Shown here: positions 39,947-52,480 of the stretch, piece after piece
Layout: each line of letters starts with the position of its first letter
Position numbering within the stretch: position 1 is the first letter of the stretch
NCBI RefSeq assembly: GCF_001194135.2
Contig: NC_068996.1
Location: 55,744,401 to 55,808,400 of the forward strand
Origin: Octopus bimaculoides
Lineage: Eukaryota
DNA: 64,000 bases
Direction of reading: 5' to 3'
The notes under the pieces: generated by a model
The model's input: the letters and a program-made list of their open reading frames with translations, nothing else
Told to the model about the DNA's origin: nothing
The model's database searches: none
Made by a program: the position numbers and the translations under genes

Positions 39947-39989
<43 letters not shown>

Positions 39990-40144
39990 CATATGTATGT
40001 ACATATATATATAACAAACCGACTCCAGTTGTCAAGTAGTGAGGAGGGGGAAGAACACAAACACAGGGACATACACGCATGGGTAAATACATGCATACAT
40101 ACATACATACATACATGCATACATGCATACATACATACATATGA

Positions 40145-40810
40145 CTTGCTAGACAAACTTGACTTTCCTGACTATGTCTGACCATCGAGAATGTTATATC
40201 CTTCCGGCCATGGAAGACACACTCCCACCGCAATATAGAAGCTCTTTTCTGATATAATACACGAAGGACCTAACAACATATAAGAAGGTGGTAATCTCAA
40301 AATCACTGTGGTTGGTGGATAAGGCGATGAGAACAGCAGGCCTCTTCAGTGTCTGCATTGGATTTGAAGTATCTATGTTGGNNNNNNNNNNNNNNNNNNN
40401 NNNNNNNNNNNNNNNNNNNNNNNNNNNNNNNNNNNNNNNNNNNNNNNNNNNNNNNNNNNNNNNNNNNNNNNNNNNNNNNNNNNNNNNNNNNNNNNNNNNN
40501 NNNNNNNNNNNNNNNNNNNNNNNNNNNNNNNNNNNNNNNNNNNNNNNNNNNNNNNNNNNNNNNNNNNNNNNNNNNNNNNNNNNNNNNNNNNNNNNNNNNN
40601 NNNNNNNNNNNNNNNNNNNNNNNNNNNNNNNNNNNNNNNNNNNNNNNNNNNNNNNNNNNNNNNNNNNNNNNNNNNNNNNNNNNNNNNNNNNNNNNNNNNN
40701 NNNNNNNNNNNNNNNNNNNNNNNNNNNNNNNNNNNNNNNNNNNNNNNNNNNNNNNNNNNNNNNNNNNNGCACTCCACAATACGTTGCTTCCGCCGTCTTC
40801 ACCTCCATTG
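40145..40810 (+). mobile_element. CR1-like LINE 3' fragment spanning a gap
   Basis: Degenerate LDFPDYV* LRMLY segment, plus a motif shared with 27865-27895. Confidence 0.45.
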
Positions 40811-40814
40811 ACTA

Positions 40815-40990
40815 CTTACTACTTGACAACTGGAGTTGGTTTGTTTACGTCCCTTCAGCGTAAGAGACCGATAAAAAACAAAATAGCAGGCTTTAATAAA
40901 TAAGTAGCCGGGCCGAATGGATCGTCTAAACCCCTTCAAGGTGATGTTCCAACACGGCTTCCGTCTAATGACTGGAACAAGTAAAAGGGT
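40815..40990 (+). mobile_element. SINE family A tail, diverged
   Basis: CTTGACAACTGG...GTTTACGTCCC...CTTCAAGGTGATGTTCCAACACGGC...AATGACTGGAACAAGTAAAAG. Confidence 0.72.
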
Positions 40991-40993
40991 AAA

Positions 40994-41041
<48 letters not shown>

Positions 41042-41544
41042 TAGTGGTATGCGCACGCGCACACGCACCCATGTGTTTGTAGGTAGGTAGCAACAGACCC
41101 GGTACAGTTGCTGCCTTTTAGCTCCACCCCTTAGTGGGTGAGTGTGTGGGTGAGTATGTACGTCTGTATGATATACTTGTAAAAACCAGATAGAACTTTA
41201 TCAGACTGGTTGTCTCATATAAAACACTGAAATATCCTGATATCCTTTACCAATTTCACTACCATAAACCACCGAACGTTGCCCTTTCTTCTTCCCCACG
41301 TCTCTCTATCTCAATAGATCTTTCGTTCTATCTCTTTGACTCCCACCTCTCTCTCTCTCTCTTTGTCTCTCGCTCTCTCTTTCTAACTGTTTGCTTCTCT
41401 GTTTGTCACTATTTCACTGTTGTTCTCTCAGTTTACTTCTCTCTCAGTCTCTCTCTCCCTCCCCCTCTCTCTCTCCTTCCCCCTCTCTCTCTCCTTCCCC
41501 CTCTCTCTCTCCATGTACAATCACCTCCATTTACACGCACATGC

Positions 41545-41900
41545 TCACATATACATAACTTGCTTCAGTCATTTGGGCTGTGACCATTCTGGGGCACTGC
41601 CTTGAAGGTTTTGGTGGAAGAAATCGACCTAATTAATTATTTAAAACCCGGTATTCATTCTATATTGGTCCCTCTGCTGAATCGCTAAGTTTCGAAACCG
41701 ACACCGATTGTTAGGGGAGGGACAATCGCAAGCACAATGGTTCCCCAACACACATGCATATACATATGTATGTGTGTATTGTCATTTTTGCCGGCATAGT
41801 AGACTGTAGCAACGTGAAGTGAAGTGTTTTGCTCAAGAACACAACACGTCACCCGATCCAGGAATTGAAACCACAATCTTACGATCCAACACACTAACCA
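41545..41900 (-). mobile_element. SINE with family B head and family A tail
   Basis: Minus: CACATGGCTTAGTGGTTAG...GGTTTCAATTCC...TGTTGTGTTCTTGAGCAAAACACTT, short microsatellite, then a diverged family A tail. Confidence 0.7.
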
Positions 41901-42032
41901 CTAAGCCATGTGTTCTCTATATACCCCACAAAAACATACACATACGCACACATACAAACATACATACATACATATATACATACACACACACACATCATAC
42001 ATACATACACACACATACTTACATACATACAC

Positions 42033-42113
<81 letters not shown>

Positions 42114-42750
42114 AAATTTACAGCAAAGCAAAAGACGAAGGCAGGTGTATGAACAACAAGAAGGTGTATTAGTTTGACGTTGAGGAAAGTGAGAAAGTCT
42201 TTTNNNNNNNNNNNNNNNNNNNNNNNNNNNNNNNNNNNNNNNNNNNNNNNNNNNNNNNNNNNNNNNNNNNNNNNNNNNNNNNNNNNNNNNNNNNNNNNNN
42301 NNNNNNNNNNNNNNNNNNNNNNNNNNNNNNNNNNNNNNNNNNNNNNNNNNNNNNNNNNNNNNNNNNNNNNNNNNNNNNNNNNNNNNNNNNNNNNNNNNNN
42401 NNNNNNNNNNNNNNNNNNNNNNNNNNNNNNNNNNNNNNNNNNNNNNNNNNNNNNNNNNNNNNNNNNNNNNNNNNNNNNNNNNNNNNNNNNNNNNNNNNNN
42501 NNNNNNNNNNNNNNNNNNNNNNNNNNNNNNNNNNNNNNNNNNNNNNNNNNNNNNNNNNNNNNNNNNNNNNNNNNNNNNNNNNNNNNNNNNNNNNNNNNNN
42601 NNNNNNNNNNNNNNNNNNNNNNNNNNNNNNNNNNNNNNNNNNNNNNNNNNNNNNNNNNNNNNNNNNNNNNNNNNNNNNNNNNNNNNNNNNNNNNNNNNNN
42701 NNNNNNNNNNNNNNNNNNNNNNNNNNNNNNNNNNNNNNNNNNNNNNNNNN

Positions 42751-42789
<39 letters not shown>

Positions 42790-42793
<4 letters not shown>

Positions 42794-43006
42794 AGGCACA
42801 TGGCTTAGTGGTTAGGGCATTCGACTCACGATTGTAAGGTCATGAGCTCAATTGCCGGCTACGTGTTGTGTCCTTGAGCAAGACACTTTATTCCACATTG
42901 CTCCAGTCCACTCAGCTAGCAGAAATGAATAGTACCTGTATTTCAAAAGGACTAGCCTTGTCACATTGTGTCGTGCTGAATCTCCCCGAGAACTATGTTA
43001 AGTGTT
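42790..43006 (+). mobile_element. SINE with family B head and family C tail, running into a gap
   Basis: GGCACATGGCTTAGTGGTTAGGGC...TGTTGTGTCCTTGAGCAAGACACTTT...GCCTTGTCACATTGTGTCGTGCTGAATCTCCCCGAGAACTATGTTAAG. Confidence 0.85.
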
Positions 43007-43243
43007 NNNNNNNNNNNNNNNNNNNNNNNNNNNNNNNNNNNNNNNNNNNNNNNNNNNNNNNNNNNNNNNNNNNNNNNNNNNNNNNNNNNNNNNNNNNNNN
43101 NNNNNNNNNNNNNNNNNNNNNNNNNNNNNNNNNNNNNNNNNNNNNNNNNNNNNNNNNNNNNNNNNNNNNNNNNNNNNNNNNNNNNNNNNNNNNNNNNNNN
43201 NNNNNNNNNNNNNNNNNNNNNNNNNNNNNNNNNNNNNNNNNNN

Positions 43244-43284
<41 letters not shown>

Positions 43285-44680
43285 CGTGTGTAGGTGGGTG
43301 GGTGGGTGTATTTTCATATGTATGTATGTATGTGTGTGTGTGTATTCTTATATAAAAATGTTATGGACAATGACTTCGAAGTTTCGGCCAGCTAAGCTAT
43401 CGTCGGACTGCGGTTCATTAGAAACTTCGAAGTCACTGTCAACAACATTCTTATATAAGAATAACAAATTTACGTTTAACAAGATTCTTGATGTGAAATC
43501 GTATGTGGAAACAGATATTGTCATACTTCGGGACTGTCTCATTTGCCAATTAAACACGCCCTATATATTTGGTCCTCAGTGAAGTTAAAGCCTGCTGACG
43601 TCAACGTTGACATTTAAATAGCGGTCGATATAGAGATGTAATTTCACTGAAGCCGTCATCTTCAAATTCCTTTGTTAACAAAGAAACTTAGTTTTTACCT
43701 CATAAGATTTGATGAAGTAATGTGGGGGCGTTCATGTGTTAATATGTGTGAGTTATATATCTTTATTAAGAAACATTTCTCATGACCCCAACAGACAAAA
43801 TGGGGAAAAGCCTTAACTCGGGGAATGGTGAGAGAGACGTGCTGGAACAGCCACTCTGACTCCTTGTGGACATCAATCTCCGCCCCGATAGCGGTAGGAA
43901 GGGATATGATCCGGGGTTCGAGAACGCTGGAGGTTTCCACTGCCACAGGCTCCACGATGAGCGACCAATACCTTTCACATCTTGCTTTTCTCAGCCTGGC
44001 GAGTAGCAGGGCCAGGGCTAGTAACTGACCGCACCAAGTTGCTGCTAGAGAAGGTGATATCTTAAATGAGGGGGCCTACCGCTACGGAACGGGGAAATTG
44101 GTATATCATCCGGCCCTTTACCGTCACCTTGGTCTAACCCAGCAGGCTTAAGCTGGGAAGAGAAGCCTGCAGCGTCTCGGCCACGCTTTATGATATTGTT
44201 AAGTGCGGCGTGGTGTAGAAGGCGACCAGCACTATGACGGCATCTCAGTGAGTGAAGGTCGAAAGTATTCACAGTGGACCTGCAGCGGCATTCATGAGGC
44301 TCACAGATCTGGAGACCAAACCTCGGGAAACGCCGATGCGCGTGTCCTGTTTAAAATCTTTCGTCAAACATCTGTGACCTCTTCAGCAACTCTATGAAAA
44401 ATGGAATAAATAGAACAAGAATAGAGACGTGGGATAAAGAACTGTCAGAGGGGTCAGAGGATGTGTGAGGAAAGAGCTTAGACAAACAAACCAAACTAAT
44501 AATAATAATAGAGCTGAAGCGAAGATCAAATAAATTGTGCGTTTGTTTAATTAGCAAAATATGATCATCCCAAAGTATAACAATAATAATAAAGTTGTAC
44601 TCTACAAAAGTATAAGAGTAAAACCATCAGATTAGCATAAAATTGTTTTTATCAAAAGTGAACATAAAAACAAATAGTAA

Positions 44681-44725
<45 letters not shown>

Positions 44726-44995
44726 TCATATATATATGTGTGTGTGTATGTATACATATATATATATACATACACATGTACATATATATGTACATTTATA
44801 TTTATATGTATTCTCATATATATATGTATATATATACATATATAACCATATATACATACACACACACACATATGTATATGCTCATACATACTTGTATCTG
44901 TCTACACGCACATACGCACGCACATATAGCGTCTGTTTGAATGTTTACCTGCCTACTAATATGCCTCCGTAACTAGCTACCTAAATACATACATA

Positions 44996-45037
<42 letters not shown>

Positions 45038-45149
45038 CATCTGTACATGTATATATGCATGCATTCATGTGTGTAATTATATATGAGTGTGTGTATATAT
45101 ATATGTGTATATATATGTGTGTGTGTATATATATATATAAACAAATAGG

Positions 45150-45400
45150 AAATGAGTATATGCATATATACGTACAGGTATGTGCATACCGACATCCACC
45201 TGTATGTATAGGTGCATATCTGGGTACAGGACATTGCAAACAAAACAGAGACGAGAAAACACACAAGCCACATAGAGAACATTCTACTTCATCAGCTACC
45301 TCCGTTTTAACACCGGCGTTTCGAAGAGCTAGGCAGGACGCATCGTTAAAACAGCTCTTCCCATGGACCGCAAATTAAATTTGTATACACAAATTAAATC
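45150..45400. repeat. Interspersed repeat family F1
   Basis: Third copy; matches 32290-32490 and 2290-2560. Confidence 0.85.
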
Positions 45401-46464
45401 TTGCCATGGAGGAATGTTGTGGCGGACAAAAAACAAGACAGGAAAACAAATATATATTGCTTTTATGTCGAGATATAATAAAAACAGTTTTGTAGAAACT
45501 TGAAGGATTACTCAAAACTTCTAATAGGACGCATTTTATTATTCTTTAACAAGAATAATGTTGATTGTAACTTCGAAGTTTCGACCAACTTAGCCTTCTT
45601 TGGTCCAAAGAAACCATTGTCGAAATTATTCCTTTTAAAAAATTGTGTGTGCGTGTATGTGCTCGTGCAGTAATGTGTGTATTGTTCCCGGCTCTACCCT
45701 GATTTGGTGTCGTAAGAATTGCCAGGGTGCTAGCTATGGGTCAATTAACATCTTATAGAAGAAACCCAAAGCATAAACCCTTACCGCTTGGCACGGGAAA
45801 AAGTAATGGGAGTTAACCACGACGGCAAATCAAGGACTAGAGTCCATCAGGCAGACCGATGTCCTCTTTGACACGCTTCATTCAGCTCCGGAAGCCAATT
45901 CGTTTTAGAGAAGACCTCTCTAATCTAAAACCTAGAGATTGCTGGTCTTCACAGCAGTCTTAACCCGCTGAACTATTGTAATCAAATATCTGTGCCTAAG
46001 AATTGTAGGATTTGGCTCTCATTTTAAAACAATTAGTGCAGGTAGCGTGAAAAGTTCTGTAGAATCAAGAATCGGTTTACAAAGCCACTCGAGGACATGC
46101 TGCTCTTCTTCAAGGTCTTCGGACACGAAGAAACTACAATCATATATTCATCTTCATTAACGAATTGGCCATGTTGTTCGTCATAAGTGTCTGGTTGCAG
46201 CGCAATAGCATTGCAATCAACGTGGCGTCGAACATTATCTCAACGCTACTGAAAATGTCCTTGAATATAAAACAATAATAATAACAGAAAACACGAAAAC
46301 AAAATAAGTCTGACAGATAAAAGAAAAACATAACAACAGCAAAGGAAAACGAATAAACAAAGCGAAACAGAAATACTGAAGGAAAACAGAGAAAACAAAG
46401 CACCAGAACACGATATGACAACGACACCAGTAAGAAAATAAGTAAACAGATAAAATATATAAAT

Positions 46465-46627
46465 CGGGCGTAGGCCTGACTGCGTGGTAAGAAGCTTGCT
46501 TCCAAACAATGTTAGCTTGGGTTCACTCCCAATGTGCAGCACCTTGGACAAATGTCTTCTACTATAGTCCCGGGCCGCCCAAAAGCTTTCTGTGTAGATT
46601 CGGTAGACTGAAACCGAAAGAAGTTTA

Positions 46628-46632
<5 letters not shown>
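46465..46632 (+). mobile_element. SINE family A head
   Basis: GCGTGGTAAGAAGCTTGCTTCC...GCACCTTGGACAAATGTCTTCTACTATAG...GAAAGAAG. Confidence 0.8.
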
Positions 46633-46674
<42 letters not shown>

Positions 46675-47083
46675 TGTGTGTACGCATGTACATACATACA
46701 CTTTAATATGTGTGTGTGTGTATTTATATATATATATATATATATATANNNNNNNNNNNNNNNNNNNNNNNNNNNNNNNNNNNNNNNNNNNNNNNNNNNN
46801 NNNNNNNNNNNNNNNNNNNNNNNNNNNNNNNNNNNNNNNNNNNNNNNNNNNNNNNNNNNNNNNNNNNNNNNNNNNNNNNNNNNNNNNNNNNNNNNNNNNN
46901 NNNNNNNNNNNNNNNNNNNNNNNNNNNNNNNNNNNNNNNNNNNNNNNNNNNNNNNNNNNNNNNNNNNNNNNNNNNNNNNNNNNNNNNNNNNNNNNNNNNN
47001 NNNNNNNNNNNNNNNNNNNNNNNNNNNNNNNNNNNNNNNNNNNNNNNNNNNNNNNNNNNNNNNNNNNNNNNNNNNNNNNNNNN

Positions 47084-47104
<21 letters not shown>

Positions 47105-47124
<20 letters not shown>

Positions 47125-47640
47125 CATACATGCATATATAGATATAATAAGACAGATAAACACAGGCTTGAGACATTTTTAATATAGCACCAAATACACA
47201 TGACAAACTGAAGAAAAGCAAAAGAGAAGATTTATGTAATATATTATCGCGACAGCTGTTTCAAGATGGCCGTAACTCACGTAATAACTATATTCATAAG
47301 TAATACGTGCATGATGTCACAGGTGTGCGTTGTGCGACAAATTCTGACATGTTAGATGCTCCCTCTTGAAAAGAGATGCCTAACTTGGTTTAATAAATTC
47401 ATCAGAATTTGTCGCAGAACGCACACTTATGACAACATGCACGTATTACTTATGAATATAGTTATTACGTGAGTTACGGCCATCTTGAAACAGCTGTCAA
47501 GATAAGACCTTACATAATTCTTTTTTTTTGTTCTGTATTACGCAATATGTATTTTGTGCTGCATGTAAATATATGCCTTAGGCCTGTGTTTTTCTGCCTT
47601 ATTACATCTATATATGCATCTATATGTGCGTATATACATA
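47105..47640. repeat. Long fold-back inverted repeat with a near-perfect 97-bp core
   Basis: 47251-47347 versus 47402-47498: 4 mismatches, first 63 bp perfect; diverged arms extend about 145 bp further. Confidence 0.93.
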
Positions 47641-47642
47641 CA

Positions 47643-47723
<81 letters not shown>

Positions 47724-47869
47724 GTATGTATGTATGTATGTATGTATGTATGTATATGTACGTCTATATCTCTCTCTCTCTATATATATATATATGTTAT
47801 ATGTATATATATATGTATGTGTGTGTATCTGTGTGTGTAGATATATATGTGAGTGCGCGCACGCGTGTG

Positions 47870-48030
47870 TGTACGACAATCTCCTCTCGGTTTCCGTTTA
47901 TCGAATCCACTCACAGGGCTTTTGTCGTCCCAAGACGATAGAAGACATTTGCCCAAGGAACCATGCAGTGGGACTGAACACATTCCCACATGGTTGGGAA
48001 GTAAACTACTTAGCAAACAGCCATGCCAGC
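47870..48030 (-). mobile_element. SINE family A head
   Basis: TTGCCCAAGGAACCATGCAGTGGGACTGAAC...CACATGGTTGGGAAG is the reverse complement of the head. Confidence 0.8.
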
Positions 48031-48207
48031 GCCCATTGTAGCATAATGGAACCTTCCATAATTTGGTGTTGTACATTTAAAAAAAATAAACAGTGTATTG
48101 AAATAAGATATGATAAAGTTTAAATCAAACTGTGCGCATCCATAATATAATAGATCTCATTAATTCTGTTCAGCACATGCGTGTGTATATGTGTATTCAT
48201 GTGTGTA

Positions 48208-48277
<70 letters not shown>

Positions 48278-48808
48278 NNNNNNNNNNNNNNNNNNNNNNN
48301 NNNNNNNNNNNNNNNNNNNNNNNNNNNNNNNNNNNNNNNNNNNNNNNNNNNNNNNNNNNNNNNNNNNNNNNNNNNNNNNNNNNNNNNNNNNNNNNNNNNN
48401 NNNNNNNNNNNNNNNNNNNNNNNNNNNNNNNNNNNNNNNNNNNNNNNNNNNNNNNNNNNNNNNNNNNNNNNNNNNNNNNNNNNNNNNNNNNNNNNNNNNN
48501 NNNNNNNNNNNNNNNNNNNNNNNNNNNNNNNNNNNNNNNNNNNNNNNNNNNNNNNNNNNNNNNNNNNNNNNNNNNNNNNNNNNNNNNNNNNNNNNNNNNN
48601 NNNNNNNNNNNNNNNNNNNNNNNNNNNNNNNNNNNNNNNNNNNNNNNNNNNNNNNNNNNNNNNNNNNNNNNNNNNNNNNNNNNNNNNNNNNNNNNNNNNN
48701 NNNNNNNNNNNNNNNNNNNNNNNNNNNNNNNNNNNNNNNNNNNNNNNNNNNNNNNNNNNNNNNNNNNNNNNNNNNNNNNNNNNNNNNNNNNNNNNNNNNC
48801 CGCATATA

Positions 48809-48843
<35 letters not shown>

Positions 48844-48854
48844 CCGTATTATGT

Positions 48855-50115
48855 ATTTGACACCGTCAGTCGTGAGGGACTTTAGAAGATCATAGGAAAG
48901 TTGCGCTGCCCAGACAAATTCCTCAGCGTCGTGCGTCAGCCCCACGACGGCATGCTCGACGTGCTAGGGGTGCTGGACAGTGGAGATTCTTCTCTCGCAT
49001 CCCCAGCCGCTAACGGAGTCAAGCAAGGCACCTATGTTGTACAACATGATGTTCTCAGCCATGTTGAATGGTTGTTTTCGCAGCATCAACAAAACCAGCG
49101 TCAATGTCAGAGATTCAGGACTGATGTCAGACTCTCCATCCTGCAGAAACTACTGACCAAGACCAAGGTGAAAGGGGACTCAGTATGCAGCTTCCTGTTC
49201 ACAGACGACTTCACACTCAGCATTATTACAAAGGCTCTGATGCAACAGAGCATGAACTGCTTTTCTGCTGCCTGCAACAACTTTGGCCTCACAATCAGTA
49301 CTGAGAAGACAGAAGCCATGCACCAACCTGCCCCACGAAAGCAGTATGTGGAACCAACTATCACTGTTGAAAGGGAAACCCTGAAGGTTGTTAAATTCAC
49401 GTACCTTGGCAGCACACTCTACAGAATTATAAATATATACAACGAAGTCGACACACGTATTGCAAAGAAGAGCTCAGCATCCGGGCATCTACGTGAATCA
49501 GTTTGGGAGAAGAGAGGTATTAGGATGGTCACCAAGTTGAAGATGTACCAAGCAGTTGTACAGCTTACACTAATATATGCCTTGGACGGTTTACGAACAC
49601 CACGCCAAACGGCTGAACCGCTTTCCATATGAGCTGTCTGAGAAAGCTATAGAAAATCCCGTGTCACTACAAGGTCCAGGACACAGAGGTCTTCTCTTGA
49701 GCTGATCTGCCAAGCATTTACACTCTGCTAAGGAGAGTCCAGATCAGGTGGGAAAGCCACCTTGTTCGAATGCCTGACACACAACTAGCCATAAGATTGC
49801 TTTACAGTGAATTGGCAGAGGGCAAGCACACAAGGTGAGGGAAAAAAGCGCTTGAAAGATACTCTAAATGCCTCACTGAAGTGCTTTCAGATCAACAGCT
49901 GGGGAATGCAGGCACAGGACGTCCCTACCTAGTGTAGCTGCATCAACAAAGGTGCCGCTTCCTGCGCACAGGAGCACAAAGAAAATGTGAGCTGTACTAG
50001 TCCATTCCTTGCTTTCATTCTCAGCAGAAAACTAGTGTCCGACCTGCAGCAGAACCGGGCGCAGCGTGGCCTGTCTTCTCCCGTGTGATATCCTGGTCAT
50101 CGTCGAAACGACGGC
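48855..50115 (+). mobile_element. RTE (BovB-like) LINE, RT to 3' end, decayed
   Basis: ORF 48901-49632 (GVKQG, FLFTDDFTL, FGLTISTEKTEAMHQPAP, FTYLGSTL), then QIRWESHLVRMPD and a tail GTCATCGTCGAAACGACGG. Confidence 0.92.
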
Positions 50116-50391
50116 TCGGAAATAAGTGCTTCGCTTAAAAATGCGTACTAGGTTTGATTTGTTCGACTAAACCAAACACGGTGGTGCCCCGGCATGGCCG
50201 CCCACTAATGACTGAAAATTGTGCCTACATTTCCCAGGTGTTAGAGTTGATCTGAAAGCACTTCAGTGAGGCTTTGAGAGTATCTTCGGAGCGCTTTTTC
50301 TGCCCGTCATACATACATACATACATACATACATACATACACACATACATATGATGGGCTTCTTCCAATTTCCTTCTACGAATCCACTCAC

Positions 50392-51540
50392 TAGACTAGT
50401 AACATCTCCATCAATGATTTGACTGTTTCCCCTGAATCTGATGAGGAATGTTGTCACTAAAGAATATTACAGCCGAATAAAGAACTTTGGACCTCGGAAC
50501 TCCCTGCATTCAATAAAACAGTGGCCCACAATGTGTTTGCAGTACCCGTACTCATACTAACATTTGGGTTATTTGAGTGGAGACTTGATGAGATCTAAGT
50601 CATTGATGTGAAAACCCGGAAGATACTAACAAGCACACATAATTTCCACATAAACAGCGATGTAGACTGCCAGTACCTAAAACGAAAATAAGGTGGAAGA
50701 GGCTTAACATCGATCCAAAATGCCTTTGAATGTCACATCATATTCCTTTGGCAACATCTTTTAACTACCAAGTGTCGAGGCTGATAACATCATTGGAAGG
50801 CAGCTCCTTCAGCAACACTCTTTGTCTGATAACCTAGAATACATGCCTAAAGAAGTCGCACGACTCTACCGCAATGTATCATCAGATGAAAGGATGAGCA
50901 TTTATGAGCAGAAGACTATGCATGGATATGTTAGAAATTTCAGCGATGATAGTAACATCGCTCATCAAAGCAGTTTATCATAGACTAATAGCTGGATAAC
51001 TACCTTCCACTTTGAAGGGTATACGTTTGTAATCCAGGAACAGGAAATATCAACCAAGTATTTGATGCACAAAAGAGACAGATATGCAGGTAAAGCCGTA
51101 AAGTATGACAATCGATGCAGATTTTGTGGAGTTAACACCGAAGATATCACCCACATCATAAGCAGTTGTCCGAAAATGTCATAACGGTATTATCTACAGG
51201 TGAGACATGACGTTGTAACTGGGACATTCTACAATGAAATCTGTCAGAAGGATAATCCCGAGGACAAAAAAATAAGAACCCACAATAAAAAGGAATACTG
51301 GTGGAATGTCCCAGTGAAGACCTCAATAAAATGTAAGCATAATGGGCCTGATATAATGATTTGGAATAGAGAAGAGAAACTGTGCACAGTTGTGGANNNN
51401 NNNNNNNNNNNNNNNNNNNNNNNNNNNNNNNNNNNNNNNNNNNNNNNNNNNNNNNNNNNNNNNNNNNNNNNNNNNNNNNNNNNNNNNNNNNNNNNNCTTT
51501 CTCTATTGGCAAGAAATCTTAAAATAAATTGAATAATGAC
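50392..51540 (+). mobile_element. R4/Dong-like non-LTR fragment with RT thumb, CCHC knuckle and restriction-like endonuclease
   Basis: NKTVAHNVFAVPVL, DVKTRKILT, GGRGL, MHGY, EGYTFVIQEQEI, CRFCGVNTEDITHIISSC, RHDVV and GPDIMIW. Confidence 0.85.
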
Positions 51541-51705
51541 ATACATTTGACGGGCTTCTTCCAATTTTCTTCTACGAATCCACTCACAAGTCTTTGGTCA
51601 GCTCGGAACTATAGTTGAAAACACCTGCCTAAGGTGCCATGCTGTAGAACTGCGTCCGAAACCATGTGGTTGGGAAGCAAGCTTCTTACCACACATGCTC
51701 GCCTG
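51541..51705 (-). mobile_element. SINE family A head
   Basis: CCTAAGGTGCCATGC...AACCATGTGGTTGGGAAGCAAGCTTCTTACCACAC. Confidence 0.85.
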
Positions 51706-52039
51706 CAATTATAAACCTGAACTGGACGATAATGGTATCCGTTGGCCGTAATGTGCGTTCGATTTATCAATGCTCACTGAGTCTTGAAATTTGCATCATT
51801 TGATGTAGATAGCCGCAGTTTGCAACGACGGACGGGCTGGTTGACCCTCCCATCCAGATTAGTAAACAATTATTCGGAAAAAAAATTAACTTTAATTTCT
51901 AGCCTCGACCCTAAACCAATATTAGCCAGTTTGCTTATACGTTGATGCTGTCGCTATTCTGAAGTAAATCTTTGCTTCTATACAAACTATGCAATCAACA
52001 AGAAAAAGAAAGAAGCTTTATTTGATAGCTGCATCTATT

Positions 52040-52480
52040 TCTTTCAGTTATTGGACTGCGGCCATTTTGGGTACGGCTTTGTTGGGTTTCGTCAAACAAA
52101 TCGACCCCATTATTTATTTTTAATGTTGGTACTTAACCTGTCGATATCTATTACCGAAGCGTTAAATTATGGGGAGGTAAACAAACTACCACCGGTTGTC
52201 AAGAGGAAGTGAGGGATAAAGACAAGCAGAAAGACACACATACACACAGCCACATTCATATACAAACAAATACACACACACACATTCGTATAATCAAACA
52301 CATGCACACACATATATGTATAGGACAAGCTTCTTTCAGTTTCCACTGACCTAATCTAGTCATAAAGCTTTCATTGACCCAAGGCTGTAGTAAGAGACAC
52401 TTGCCCAAAGTGCCATGCAGTGGGGCTGAACCCAGGACCATGTAGTTGGGAGACAGACTTCCTACTACATACCCATACCT
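52040..52480 (-). mobile_element. SINE family A, full but diverged copy with internal (CA)n
   Basis: Tail 52040-52235, microsatellite, head 52325-52480. Confidence 0.78.

Noticed and set aside
42790-42860. tRNA-like sequences (also 6120-6196 and 17201-17270)
   Set aside because: Continue into SINE bodies and lack a full cloverleaf; SINE heads rather than tRNA genes
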